Assembly: GCF_009914755.1 (NCBI RefSeq)
Contig: NC_060928.1
Length of the DNA stretch: 64,000 nucleotides
Source: the human T2T-CHM13v2.0 reference genome, Homo sapiens
Reading direction: 5' to 3' (one strand)
Part shown: positions 35,744 through 48,560 of the stretch, one piece after another
Layout: each line of letters opens with the position of its first letter
Position numbering within the stretch: the first letter of the stretch is position 1
Made by a program: the position numbers and the translations under genes
Notes under the pieces: generated by a model
Database searches by the model: none
What the model was told of the DNA's origin: nothing
Seen by the model: only the letters and a program-made list of their open reading frames with translations

Positions 35744-36174
35744 GAGAAATTAAGGCAGCTGTGGAAGAAAATTAGTACTAGTTTGATTGGAGCAACATAG
35801 GTAATATTCTCAAGTTGATGTCATGGTTTACAACTCCCATAGTCAATCATAAAGTGGCTAAATTATAGAACAGTCCTAAACTTTACATCTGGGTCAAACC
35901 TGAGAGGTCATATGATCTAACCCTTTTGATTTTAGTTGCAAGAATTATGCTCAGGAGAAAATATGTGACCCACCAATGTCACACAGGGAATTGGCAAAAG
36001 GGCTGAAACCAAAAGCAAGGCCTCTTATTTTCCAGCTATGGGCACACTGCACAAGATGGCTTTGCGGTGTCTCCCTTCTTTGGACCCAGTGAAAGCATTT
36101 AACTTACTTCTGAGTGACAAGAAAGAAAAGAAGCAGTAATAGTGTTTCCACTTAATGCTGGCTGCCTTATATGC

Positions 36175-36596
36175 TGTGTTAGTTCTCACATTGCTTTAAA
36201 GAAATACCTGAGACTGAGTAATTTATAAAGAAAAGAGGTTTAATTGGCTCACTGTTCTGCAGGCTCTGTGGGAAGCATGATGCTGGCATCTGCTCTGAAT
36301 CTGGGGAGGCCTCAGGAAACTTTCAATCATGGTGGAAGAAGAAGGGGAAGCAGGCATAGATTACATGGCCAGAGCAGTAGAAAGAAAGAGAGAGGGGAGG
36401 TGTCACACATTTTTAGGCCATCAGAACTCATGAGAACTCACTCACTATGTAGTACCTATATAGGGGACGGTGCTAAATCATTCATGAGAACTGTGTCCCT
36501 ATGGTCCAGTCACCTCCCACAATCCCCCCTCCTCCATCCATGGGGATCACAATTTGACATGAGATTTGGGCAGGAACACAGAACCAAACCATATCA
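36175..36596 (-). mobile_element. MSTA solo LTR, near-TSD tatgc/catgc
   Basis: aagaaatacctgagactg.gtaatttataaagaaaagaggtttaattggctca...ggtgctaaa.cattcatgagaa...caaaccatatca. Confidence 0.9.
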
Positions 36597-37269
36597 CATG
36601 CATTCACATATCTTAGTATTTTGTTCTGTTTTAATGACAAATTACCCTTTTAGAAATGAAAAACACTTGAGATTTTTTTTTTCCTCCTAAAATGGGTCAT
36701 TCTACAGTGGATATTTTGTAGCAGAGGTAGCCTCACCTCATCCTCCTGGAAGGCAAACATGATAAATACCATACTTGTATAATTGAATAGAAATGCCTTT
36801 TCCATGTTCAGGTTTTAAAATCTTCCACCTGCCAACCTCAATATTCCATTACCATCAACTTCTGCATTTCATTTATCCTGCAGATTAGATTTGCAAATAA
36901 GAATTGCGGATTCTCTCTTCATTTTAAACCAGGCTTTTCAAGTACTGCATTATGTTCCATTGAGCCAGGTTTCAAGATGTGGAAATAAAACTCAATGAGA
37001 GATAGTCATAAACACTGTCTTTAACCTCTAGAATTATAGTGATATGTGGCATTACAGGAATTGGCAACATGACAGAAAGTCGTAAGATGGATTATGAGGT
37101 AAAACATCTGATGGAAGGAAAGAGTGTAATGGTGGGTTATATGAATGTAGTAAATGGTACTCCAGAAGAGATATGTGGGAACTCTGAGGTTTAATGCAGA
37201 CAGGTGCCCTTAGCTGGGTCAACTGGGAAATGAAATCCTCAAATGACCAGAAGCCTCTTTCTAGCAACA

Positions 37270-37430
37270 CCATAGTCTTAATGCGTGACCTTAGGCAAGT
37301 CACTTACCTGCACGGTCCTCACTTGCCTAGCTTTAAAATGATGCTCATAATCGATACATAACCAGATAATGCTTACAAAGAGCTCTGAGATTCTTGGATG
37401 AAAGGCCCTATTTACATGTAAAGTAGTGTT
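37270..37430 (+). mobile_element. MIR fragment
   Basis: gcgtgaccttaggcaagtcacttacct...cctcacttg...taaaatga. Confidence 0.65.
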
Positions 37431-37816
37431 ATCATTCAAATCCCCCCTCTGCTAAATACTCTGTAACAGGTGTATTAAAGGAGAGGAAATGAGGAAGGAG
37501 AAAAAGGAAAATTGGCTCCTGAAGGGATAGAAATCTGATTATCTCAAATTGACTCATTCTGAAAAGGGGGAAGAGGAGGGTAGATCTGCTGCATTTAACC
37601 ATTTCCAAACAGACTTTACTTTGAATAAGCGAATAAACACAATGAGACCAATCTGTACATTTTCCAATCATGAGGGAAAAAAAATCTGAGATAAGTCCAC
37701 TAAACTTCTGAGCATAATCCCCCTAAAAAACAGTTTCAAATACATGCATGTGGCTTCCATTAATATGTACCACTATAAAAATTTAAAATACATCTATTTC
37801 ACCACTTATTGACACG

Positions 37817-37822
<6 letters not shown>

Positions 37823-37853
<31 letters not shown>
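37823..37853. repeat. (TA)n microsatellite
   Basis: Directly visible. Confidence 0.95.
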
Positions 37854-37856
<3 letters not shown>

Positions 37857-38675
37857 TACATGCAACTAAATTAACATTGATGTTATTGTCATTTGTTAAT
37901 TGAACAGTGGTAGGGTCAATGACTATTTTCCCAGTTTTATATCTTACTGATTCATAATGACATATATTTTTTCTTTTTAAAAAATTGTTGTGGGTACGTA
38001 TTGGTGTATATATTTATGGGGTACATGAGATGTTTTGATACAGGCATTCAATGTGAAATAAGCACATCATGGAGAATGAGGCATCCATCCCCTCAAGCAT
38101 TCATCCTTTGAGTTAAAACAATCCAATTACACCCTGAGTTATTTTAAAATGTACACTGAAGTTATAATCACCTATAATCACCCCACTGGGCTACACAATA
38201 GTAGGTCATATTCATTATTTCAAGCTATTTTTTTTGTACCCATTAAAAATCCTCATCTCCCCCCTATCCCCCAACTACCCTTCCCAGCCTCTGGTAACCA
38301 TTCTTCTACTCTCTATGTCCATAAGTTTAATTCCTTTGATTTTTAGATTACACAAATAAGTGAGAACATGTCACATTTTACTTTCTGGGCCTGGCTTCTT
38401 TCACTTAACATAATAATCTCTGGTTCCATCCATGTTATTACAAATGACTGGATCTCATTCTTTTTTATGGCTGAGTAGTGCTCCATTGTGTATGTGTACA
38501 TGTACCACATTTTCTGTATCCATTCATCTATTAATGGACACGTAGGTTGCTTCCAAATCTTACCTATTGGAAACAGTGCTACAACATAGGACTGCAGATA
38601 TCTCTTTGATATACTGATTTTCTTTCTTTTGGTGTATACCCAGCAGAGGGATTTCTGGATCATATGGTAGCCCAA

Positions 38676-38677
<2 letters not shown>

Positions 38678-38719
<42 letters not shown>
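38678..38719. repeat. (TG)n microsatellite inside L1
   Basis: Directly visible. Confidence 0.95.
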
Positions 38720-38723
<4 letters not shown>

Positions 38724-41488
38724 GAGGTGGCTCCAAACTGTTATCCACAGTAGCTGTGCTAATTTACATTCCCACAAACAGGGTTCAAGGGTTCCCTTTC
38801 CTCTGCATCTTGGCCAGCATTTGTTATCACCTGTGTTTTGAAAATAAGCTATTTTAACTGTGGTAAAATGATATCTTATTTTAGACTTTATTTTCATTTC
38901 TCTAATGATCAATGATCTTGTGCATCTTTTCATAGACCAATTGCCATTTATTTGTCTTCTTTTGAGAAATGTCTATTCAGATCTTTTGTCCGTTTCTGGA
39001 TTGGATTATTAGATTTTTTCTTATAGAATTGTTTGAGCTCCTTTTGTATTCTAGTTATTAATCCCTTGTCAGATGGGTAGTTTGCAAATGTTTTCACCTG
39101 TTTTGTAGATTACCTTTTCACTTTGTTAGTTGTAGCCTTTGTTGTGCAGAGATTTTTAACTTAATGTGATCACATTTGTCCATCTTTGCTTTTGTTGCCT
39201 GTACTTGTGAAATATTGCTCAAGAAATGTTTGCCCAGACCGATGTCCTGGAGATCTTCCCCAATGCTTTCTTGTAGTCATTTTGTAGTTTGGGGTTTTAG
39301 GTTTAAGTTTTTAATCCATTTTTATTTGGTTTTTGTATATGGTGAGAGATAAGGCTCTAGTTTGTTTCTTCTCCATATAGATATCCAGTTTTCCCAGCAC
39401 AATTTATTAAAGAGATTGCCTTTTTCTCATGTATGTTCTTGGCTAATTTATTGAAAATGGTTTCGCTGTAGGTATATTGATTTGTTTCTGGGTTCTCTAT
39501 TCTGTTCCATGGTCTATGTATCTGTTTTTATGTCAGTACTATACTGGTTTGGTTACTACAGTTCTGTAATATAATTTGAAGTCATGTAATGCAATTCATC
39601 CAGTTTTGTTCTTTTTGCTTAGGATAGTTTTTGCTATTCTTGGTCTTTTGTAGTTCCATAAAAATCTTACGATTGTATTTTCTATTTCTGTGAAGAATGT
39701 CATTGATATTTTGATAGAGATTGCATTGAATCTGTAGAGTGCTTTGTGTAATATGGACATTTTAACAATATTGATTATTCCAAACCATGAACATAGAATA
39801 TTTTTTCCATTATTTTGCGCCCTCTTCAATTTCTTTCAACCATGGTTTTCAGTTTTATTACAAAGATCTTTCACTTGTTTGGTTGAGTTAATTCTGAGGT
39901 ATTTAATTTTATGTGTGGCTACTGTAAAAGGGATTACTTTTTTTTCTTCTTTACATTGTTTTCTGTTAGAATATAGAAATGCTACCGATTTTTGTATGTT
40001 GACTTTGTATCCTGCAACTTTATTAAATTTGTCTATCAGTTCTAACAGTTTTCTTATGGAGTCTTAAGTTTTTTTTCAAATATAAGATCACACCGTCTGC
40101 AAACAAGGATAATTTGACTTCTTCCTTTCCAATTTGGGTGTCTTTATATCTTTGATCATCTCCAGTACTATGTTGAATAACAGTAGTGACATAGGCATCC
40201 TTGTCATGTTCCCGATCTTAGAAGAAGGACTTTCAGTTTTTTCCATTCAGTATGATACTAGCTGTGGGTCTGTTGTATATAGCTTTTATTATACTGTGGT
40301 ATGTTCCTACTATCCCCAGTTTTTTAGCTTTTATTATAAATGGATGATGAATTTTATCAAATGCTTTTCCAACAGCAATTAGAATGACTGTATAGTTTTT
40401 ATCCTTCATTTCATTGATATAATGTATCAAACGGATTGATTTGTGTATGTTGAACCATGCTTGCATCCCAGGGATAAATCCCACCTGGTCATGATAAATG
40501 ATCTTTCTAATGTATTTATTGCTGAATTTGGTTTGGTAGTACTTTGTTGAAGATTTTTACATAAATATTCATCAGAGATATTGGTCTGTAGTTATATTCT
40601 TTTTGTTGTTGTGTCTTCATCTGGATTAGAGATCAAGGTAATAGTGGCTTTATAGAATGCATTTGGAAGTATGTCCTCATCTTCTAGTTTTTACAATAGT
40701 GTGAGAAGAATTGATATTATTTCTTCTTTAAAAGTTTGGTGGAATTCATCAGTGAAGCCATCAGGTCCTGGGCTTTCCTTATTGGGAGACTTTTTAATAT
40801 GGCTTTAATATTGTTACTTGTTCTTGATCTGTTCAGGTTTTGGATTTCTTCCTGGTTCAGTCTTCATAGGTTGTATGTGTCTAGGCATTTGTCAGTTTTT
40901 TCTATATTTTCCAATTTATTCACATGCAGTTGCTCATAGTATCCACTAACAAACCTTTACATTTCTGCAGTGTCAATTGTTTTGTCTCCTTTTTCATTTC
41001 TGATTTTATGTATCTGGATCTTCTTTTTTTTTTTTTTTTTTTTTGTCTGTTTAAAGGTTTGTCAATTTTGTGTTACTTTCCAAAAAAACAGATTTTTGTT
41101 TTTGTTTTGTTCCATTTCTTCTTCTAATTTTAAAGTTGGTTTGCTCTTGCTTTTTTAGTTCTTTAAGATGCATCATTAGATGCATCCTTGAAGTTTGCCC
41201 TCTTTTTTGATGTAGACAGTTATAGCTATAAACTTCCCCTTTATTATTGCTTTTCCTGTATCCCACAGGTTTTGGTATGCTGTGTTTCCAATATCATATG
41301 TTTCAAGAAATTTTTCAATTTTCATCTTAATTTCTTCATAGACCCACTGGTCATTCAGGAGCATATTGTTTAATTTACATGTATTTGTATGAATATAATT
41401 CAAATTCTCTCATATCCAAAATCCTCTTGTTATCAGTTTCTAGTTTTATTCTATTGTGGTCAGAGGAGATGGCTGATATTATTTCAAT

Positions 41489-41764
41489 GTAATATCATCA
41501 ATATAATGTACTTCAATATAAGACGCTTTATATTACTTCAATGTTGTTTTCCTCTGTACATGGATCATTCTCAAGGTTACATCATATGTTAGCTCAGAAA
41601 ACGAGTCCTAAAACCTTATTTGAATTGCTTCTACTTCCTGTTGCCTTGTAAAGAAGGTGCTAAGCTTTTCCTTCATCTTCTGCCATGATTGTAAGTTTGC
41701 TGAGGCCTCTCCAGGCATTCTGAACTGTAAGTCAATTAAACCTCTCTTTTTCAATTGAACATTA
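41489..41764. other. Complex templated insertion: local micro-repeats, inverted L1 flank copy and THE1 LTR copy
   Basis: 41545-41615 is the inverse of ~41770-41840. 41676-41740 matches 43184-43248 with 1 mismatch in 65 bp. Confidence 0.85.
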
Positions 41765-42949
41765 TTTGAATGTTTTAAGACTTGTTTTGTGACCTAACAT
41801 ATGGTATGTCCTTGAGAATGAGCCATGTGCTGAAGAAAAGAATGTGTATTCTGCAGCTGTTGGAAGAAATGTTCTGTAAATATCTATTAGATCTATTTGG
41901 TCTATAGTGCAGATTAAGTATGATGTCTCTTTGTTTATATTCTGTCTGAAAGATCTGTTCAATGTTAGAAGTGGGCTGCTGAAGTCTCCAACTATTATTT
42001 TATGGGAGTCTGTCCTTTTAGCTCTAATAATATTTGCTTTATATATCTGAGTGATCCAGTTTTTGGTACATATATATTTAAAATTCTTATGTCCTCTTGC
42101 TGAATTGACCCTGTAATCATTATATAGTTACCTTATTTGTCTCTTCTTACAGCTTTTGTCTTGAAATCTACTTTGTCTGATATAAATATAGCTACTCCTG
42201 CTTTTTTTTGGTTTCCATTGGCATTTTTCATCCTTTTATTGTCAGTCTATGTGTGTCTTTATAAACAAGGTGTTTTTCTCATAGGCAACAGATCAATGAG
42301 TCTTGCTTTTTTCATCCATTCAGCCAGTCTAAGACTTTTGACTGGAAAGTGTAGTCCATTTAAACTCAATGTTATTACTGATAAGTAAGGACTTACTCTT
42401 CCCACTTTACTATTTGTTTTCTAGTTGTTTTGTGGTTCTCTTCCTTCTTTCTTTTTCTTCCTGTCTTCTTCTATTGAAGGTGTTCTTTTTTTCTGGTGAT
42501 ATAACTTAGTTTCTTGTTTTATATTTTTTGTGCACCCATTGTATGTTTTGTGGTTTGAGGTTATCATGAGGTACGCAAATGCTATCTAATAACTCATTAT
42601 TTTAACCTGATAATAACTTAACATTGTTTGCATAAACATATGAACAAAAAGAAAACTAATAAAAACCCTATACTTTAACTTTATCCCCCTGCTTTTTAAC
42701 TTTTGTTATTTCCACTTATTTCTTGTTGTTATATGTATTAAAAAGTTATAGTTATTATTTTTCATTGGTTTATTAGTCTTTCCACTTAGGATAAGAGTTT
42801 ACATTCCACAGTTATGGTGTCATAATATTTTGTGTTTTTCTGTGTATTTATTATCACCAGTAAATTTTGTACCTTCAAGTGATTACTTATTATTACTATT
42901 ATTCTTTTCTTTGTGATCAAGGTAAATTTAGTATTTCTTGTAGGACAAG

Positions 42950-43478
42950 TGATATGGTTTGACTCTGTGTCCCCACCTAAATCTCATCTCAAATTATAAC
43001 CTCCACATGTTGAAGGAGGAACCTGGTTGGAGGCGATTGAATTATGGGGTGATTTTCCCCATGCTGTTCTCCTGACAGTAGGTGATTTCTCATGATATCT
43101 AATAGTTTTATAAGGGGCTCTCCCCTCTTCACTTGGCATTTCTGCCTGCTGCCTTGTGAAAAAGGTGCCTTACTTCTCCTTTGTCTTCTGCCATGATTTT
43201 AAGTTTGCTGAGGCCTCTCCAGGCATTCTGAACTGTAAGTCAATTAAATCTCTTTTCTTTATAAACTATCCAGTCCTGGGCAGTTCTTCATAGCAGTATG
43301 AAACTAGACTAATACACTAAATTGGCACTGGGAGTGGGGTACGGCTATAAAGACACACCAAAGTGGGGAATCAACCTTGGAACTGGGTAACAGGCAGATA
43401 TTAGAACAGTTTGGAGGGGTCAGAAGAAGACAGGAAGATATGGGATAGTTTGAAACTTCCTAGAAACTTGCGGAATGA
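42950..43478 (+). mobile_element. THE1C-like 5' LTR (42950-43316) plus start of the internal region
   Basis: tgatatggtttgactctgtgtccccacc...gactaataca, then ttggaactgggtaacaggcaga...tttggaggggtcagaagaagacaggaa. Confidence 0.9.
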
Positions 43479-46400
43479 TTATTATTATTATACCTTAAGT
43501 TCTGGGGTACATGTGCAGAATGTGCAGGTTTGTTACATAGGTATACACATGCCATGGTGGTTTGCTGCACCCATCAACCCATCATCTACATTAGGTATTT
43601 CTCCTAATGCTATCCTTCCCCTAGTCCCCAACCCCCTGACAGGCCCTGGTGTGTGATATTCCCCTCCCTGTGTCCATGTGTTCTCATTGTTCGATTCCCC
43701 CTTATGAGTGAGAACAGGTGGTGTTTGGTTTTCTGTTCTTGTGTTAGTTTGCTGAGAATTATGGTTTCCAGCTCAATACATGTCCTTGCAAAGGACATGA
43801 ACTCATCCTTTTGTAAGGCTGCATACTATTCCATGGTGTATGTGTGCCACATTTTCTTTATCCAGTTTATCATTGATGGGCATTTGGGTTGGTTCCAAGT
43901 CTTTGCTATTGTGAATAGTGCCGCAATAAACATACATGTGCATGTGTCTTCATAGCGGAATGATTTATAATTCTTTGGGTATATACCCAGCAATGGGATT
44001 GCTGGGTCAAATGGTATTTCTGGTTCTAGATCCTTGAGGAATCTCCACACTGTCTTCCACAATGGTTGAACTAATTTACACTCCCAGCAACTGTAAAAGT
44101 GTTCCATTTCTCCACACCCTCTCCGGCATCTGTTGTTTCCTGAATTTTTAATGATCACCATTCTAACTGGCATGAGATGGTATCTCAATGTGGTTTTGAT
44201 TTGCATTTCTCTAATGACCAATGATGATGAGCTTTTTTTCCTATGTTTGTTGGCCACATAAATGTCTTCTTTTGAGAAGTGTCTGTTCATATCCTTCACC
44301 CACTTTTTGATGGAGTTGTTTGGTTTTTCCTTGTAAATTTGTTTAAGTTCTTTGTAGATTCTGGATATTAGCCCTTGGTCAGATGGATAGATTGCAAAAC
44401 TTTTCTCCCATTCTATAGGTTGCCTGTTCACTCTGATGATAGTTTCTTTTCCTGTGCAAAGCTCTTTAGCTTAATTAGATCCCATTTGTCAATTTTGGCT
44501 TTTGTTGCCATGGCTTTTGGTGTTTCAGTTATGAAGTCTTTGCTCATGCCTATGTTCTGAATGGTATTGCCTCAGTTTTCTTCTAAGTTTTTTATGGTTT
44601 CAGGTCTCACGTTGAAGTCTTTCATCTATCTTTAGTTAATTTTTGTATAAGGTGTAAGGCAGGAGTCCAGTTTCAGTTTTCTGCATATGGCTAGCCAGTT
44701 TTCCTGACACCATTTATTAAAAGTGAATCCATTCCCCATTGCTTGTTTTTGTCAGGTTTGTCAAAGATAAGACGGTTGTAGATGTGTGGTATTATTTCTG
44801 AGTTCTCTATTCTGTTCCATTGATCTATATATCTGTTTTGGTACCATTATCATTCTGTTTTGGTTACTGTAGCCTTGTACTACAGTTTGAAATCAGGAAG
44901 CATGATGACTCAAACTTTGTTCTTTTTGCTTAGGATTGTCTTTTCTATGAGGGCTCTTTTTTGGTTCCATATGAAATTTAAAGTAGTTTTTTCCAATCCT
45001 GTGAAGAAAGTCACAGATGGGGATAGCATTGAATCAATAAATTACTTTGGGCAGTATGACCATTTTCACAATATTGATTCTTCCTATCCATGAGCATAGT
45101 ATGTTTTTCCATTTGTTTGTGTCCTCTCTTATTTCCTTGAACAGTGGCTTTTAGTGCTCCTTAAAGAGGTCCTTCACATCCCTTGTAAGTTGTATTACTA
45201 GGTATTTAAGTCTCTTTGTAGCAATTGTGAATGGGAGCTCACTGATGATTTGGTTCTCTGTCTGTTATTGGTGTACAGAAATGCTTGTGACTTTTGCACA
45301 TTGATTTTCTATCCTGAGACTTTGCTGAAGTTGCTTATCAGCTTTAGGAGATTTTGGGCTAAGACGATGGTGTTTTCTAATATATAATCACGTCATCTGT
45401 AAACAGATTTGACTTACTGTTTCCCTATGTGAATACTCTTTATTTCTTTCTCTTGACTGATTGTCCTGGCCACAACTTCCAATACTATGTTGAATAGGAG
45501 TGCTGAGAGAGGGCATCCTGGTCTTGTGCTGGTTTTCAAAGGGAATGCTTCCAGGTTTTGCCCATTCAGTATGATATTGGCTGTGGATTTGTGATACATA
45601 GCTATTATTATTTTGAGAAACGTTCCATGAATACCTAGTTTATTGAGAATTTTTAGCATGAAGGGCAGTTGGATTTTGTCAGAGGTCTTTTCTGCATTTA
45701 TTGAGATAATCATGTGTTTTTTGTCATTCGTTCTGTTTATGTGATGGATTACATGTATCGGTGTGCATATGTTGAACCAGCCTTGCATCCCTGCAATGAA
45801 GCCAACTTGATCATGGTGGATAAGCTTTTTGATGTGATGCTGGATTCAGTTTGCCAGTATTTTGTTGAGGATTTTCACATCAATGTTCATCAGAAATTTT
45901 GGCCTGAAATTTTCTTTTGTTGTGTCTCTGCCTGGTTTTGGTATCAGAGTGATGCTGGCCCCATAAAATGAGTGAGGGAGGAGTACCTCTTTTTCTATTG
46001 TTTGGAATAGTTTCCAAAGGAATGTTATCAGCTCCTCTTTGTACCTCTGGTAGAATTTGGCTGTGAATTCGTCTGGTCCTGGCCTTTTTTTGGTTGGTAG
46101 GCTATTAATTACTGCCTCAATTTCAGTACTTGTTATTGATCTATTCAAGGATTTTACTTCTTCCTGGTTTAGATTTGGGAGGTTGTATGTGTCCAGGAAT
46201 TTATCCATTTCTTCTAGAATTTTTAGTTTTTTCCATAGAGTTTTTTATAGTACTCTCTGATGGTAGTTTGTATTTCTGTAGGATCAGTGGTGATACCCCT
46301 TTATCATTTTTTTATTGCATCTCTTTGATTCTTCTCTCTTTTCTTCATTAGTCTGGCTAGTGGTCTATGTCTTTTGTTGATCTTTTCAAAAAACCAGCTC

Positions 46401-48406
46401 CTGGATTCATTGATTTTTTTTAAAGGGATTTTTGTGTCTCTATCTCCTTCAGTTCTGCTCTGATCTTAGTTATTTCTTGACTTCTGCCAGCTTTTGAATT
46501 TGTTTGCTCTTGCTTCCCTAGTTCTTTTAATTGTGATGGTAGGGTGTCAATTTTAGAGCTTTCCTGCTTTCTCTTGTGGGCATTTAGTGCTATAAATTTC
46601 CCTCTAGACACTGCTTTAAATGTGTCCCAGAGATTCTGGTACATTGTGTCTTTGTTCTCATTGGTTTCAAAGAACTTTTTTATTTTCGCCTTCATTTCGT
46701 TATTTACCCAGTAGTCATTCAGGAGCAGGTTGTTCAGTTTCCATGTAATCATGCAGTTTTGAGTGAGTTTTTTAATCCTGAGTTCTAATTTGATTGCACT
46801 GTGATCTGAGAGACTGTTTCTTATGATTTCCATTCTTTTGCATTTGCTGAGGAGTGTTTTACTTCCAATTATGTGGTCAATTTTAGAATAAGTGTGATGT
46901 AGTGCTGAGAAGAATGTATATTCTGCTGATTTGGGGTGGAGAGTTCTGTAGATGTCTATTAGATCCACTTGGTCCAGAGCCGACTTCAAGTCCCGAATAT
47001 TCTCGCTAATTTTCTGTCTTGTTGATCTAATATTGACAGTGGGGTGTTAACGTCTACCACTATTACTCTGTGGGAGCCTGTGTCTCTTTGTAGGTCTCTA
47101 AGAACTTGCTTTATGAATCTGGGTGCTCCCGTATTGGGTAAATAAATATTTAGGATAGTTAGCTCTTCTTGTTGCATTGATTCCTTTACCATTATATAAT
47201 GCCCTTCTTTGTCTCTTGATCTTTGTTGGTTTAAATTCTGTTTAATCAGCAACTAGCATTGCAACCCGTGCTTTTTTTTTTTTTTTTTTTGCCTTCAATT
47301 TGCTTGGTAAATATTCCTCTATCCCTTTTTTTTGAGCCTATGTGTGTCTTTGCACATGAGATGGGTCTCCTGAATACAGAACACAGATGGGTCTTGACTT
47401 TTTATCCAATTTGCCCATCTGTGTCTTTTACTTGGGGAATTTAGCCCACTTACATTTAAGGGTAATATTGTTATGTGTGAATTTGATCCTGTTGTTATGA
47501 TGCTAGCTGGTATTTTGCTCGTTCGTTGATGCAGTTTCTTCATAGTGTCGACGGTCTTTACAATTTGGTATGTTTTTGCAGTGGCTTGTACTGGTTGTTC
47601 CTTTCCATGTTTAGTGCTCCCTTCAGGAGCTCTTGTAAAGCAGCCCAGTGGTGACAAAATCTCTTAACATTTGTTTGTTTGTAAAGAATTTTATTTATCC
47701 TTCACTTATGAAGCTTAGTTAGGCTGGATATGAAATTCTGGGTTGAAAATTCTTTTAAGAATGTGGAATAATGGCCCCCACTCTCTTCTGGCTTGTAGGG
47801 TTTCTGCAGAGAGATCTGCTGTTAGTCTGATGGGCTTGCCTTTGTGGGTGACCTGACTTTTCTCTCTGGCTGCCCTTAACATTTTTTCCTATATTTCACC
47901 CTTGGTGAATCTAACGATTATGTGTCTTGGAGTTGCTCTTCTCAAGGAGTATCTTTGTGATGTTCTCCGTATTTCCTGAATTTGAATATTGTCCTGTCTT
48001 GCTAGGTTGGGGAAGTTCTCCTGGATAATATCCTGAAGAGTGTTTTCCATCTTGGCCCATTCTCCCCATCACTTTCAGGTACACCAATCAAACATAAATG
48101 TGGTCTTTTCACATAGTGTCATGTTTCTTGGAGGCTTAGTTCATTCCTTTTCATTCATTTTTCTCTAATGTTGCCTTCTCACTTTATTTCATTAAGTTGA
48201 TCTTCAATCTCTGATATCCTTTCTTCTGCTTGATCGATCTGGCTATTGATACTTGTGGATGCTTTATGAAGTTCTTGTGCTGTGATTTTCAGCTTCATCC
48301 GGTCATTTATGTTCTTCTCTAAACTGGTTATTCTGGTTAGCAATTCCTCTAACCTTTTTTCAAGGTTCTTAGCTTCCTTGCATTGGGTTAGAACATGCTC
48401 CTTTAG
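43479..48406 (-). mobile_element. L1PA7-like LINE-1, 5'-truncated within ORF1, ORF2 disrupted
   Basis: 3'UTR taagttctggggtacatgtgcagaatgtgcagg...ctacattaggtatttctcc; ORF2 peptides at 43826..44431, 45414..45788, 45846..46208 and 46420..46989; endonuclease N-terminus TGSNSHITIL in 47319..47657. Confidence 0.92.
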
Positions 48407-48560
48407 AGGGTGCTTGCTTCCCCTTTATCTTCCACCATAATTGTAAGTTTCCTGAGGTCTCCTAAGCCATCCAGAACTATGAGACAATTAAACCTCTTTT
48501 GTTTATCAATTACCCAGTCTCTGGTAGTTCTTTATAGCAGTTTGAAAATGGACTAATACA
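48407..48560 (+). mobile_element. THE1 3' LTR remnant; whole-element TSD acaag/acagt
   Basis: ttgtaagtttcctgagg...aattaaacctctt...aattacccagtctc...ggactaataca; the host L1 reads taggacaag|...|acagttctggtg. Confidence 0.88.

Noticed and set aside
36244-36690. 148-aa ORF
   Set aside because: Almost entirely antisense MSTA LTR sequence, with a non-ATG start.
38343-38933. 196-aa ORF with a THTHTH run
   Set aside because: L1 ORF2 C-terminal remnant reading through a TG microsatellite.
43826-47657. Long minus-strand ORFs (201, 124, 120, 189 aa) with endonuclease/reverse-transcriptase similarity
   Set aside because: They are fragments of L1 ORF2 broken by stops and frameshifts, not a functional gene or active element.
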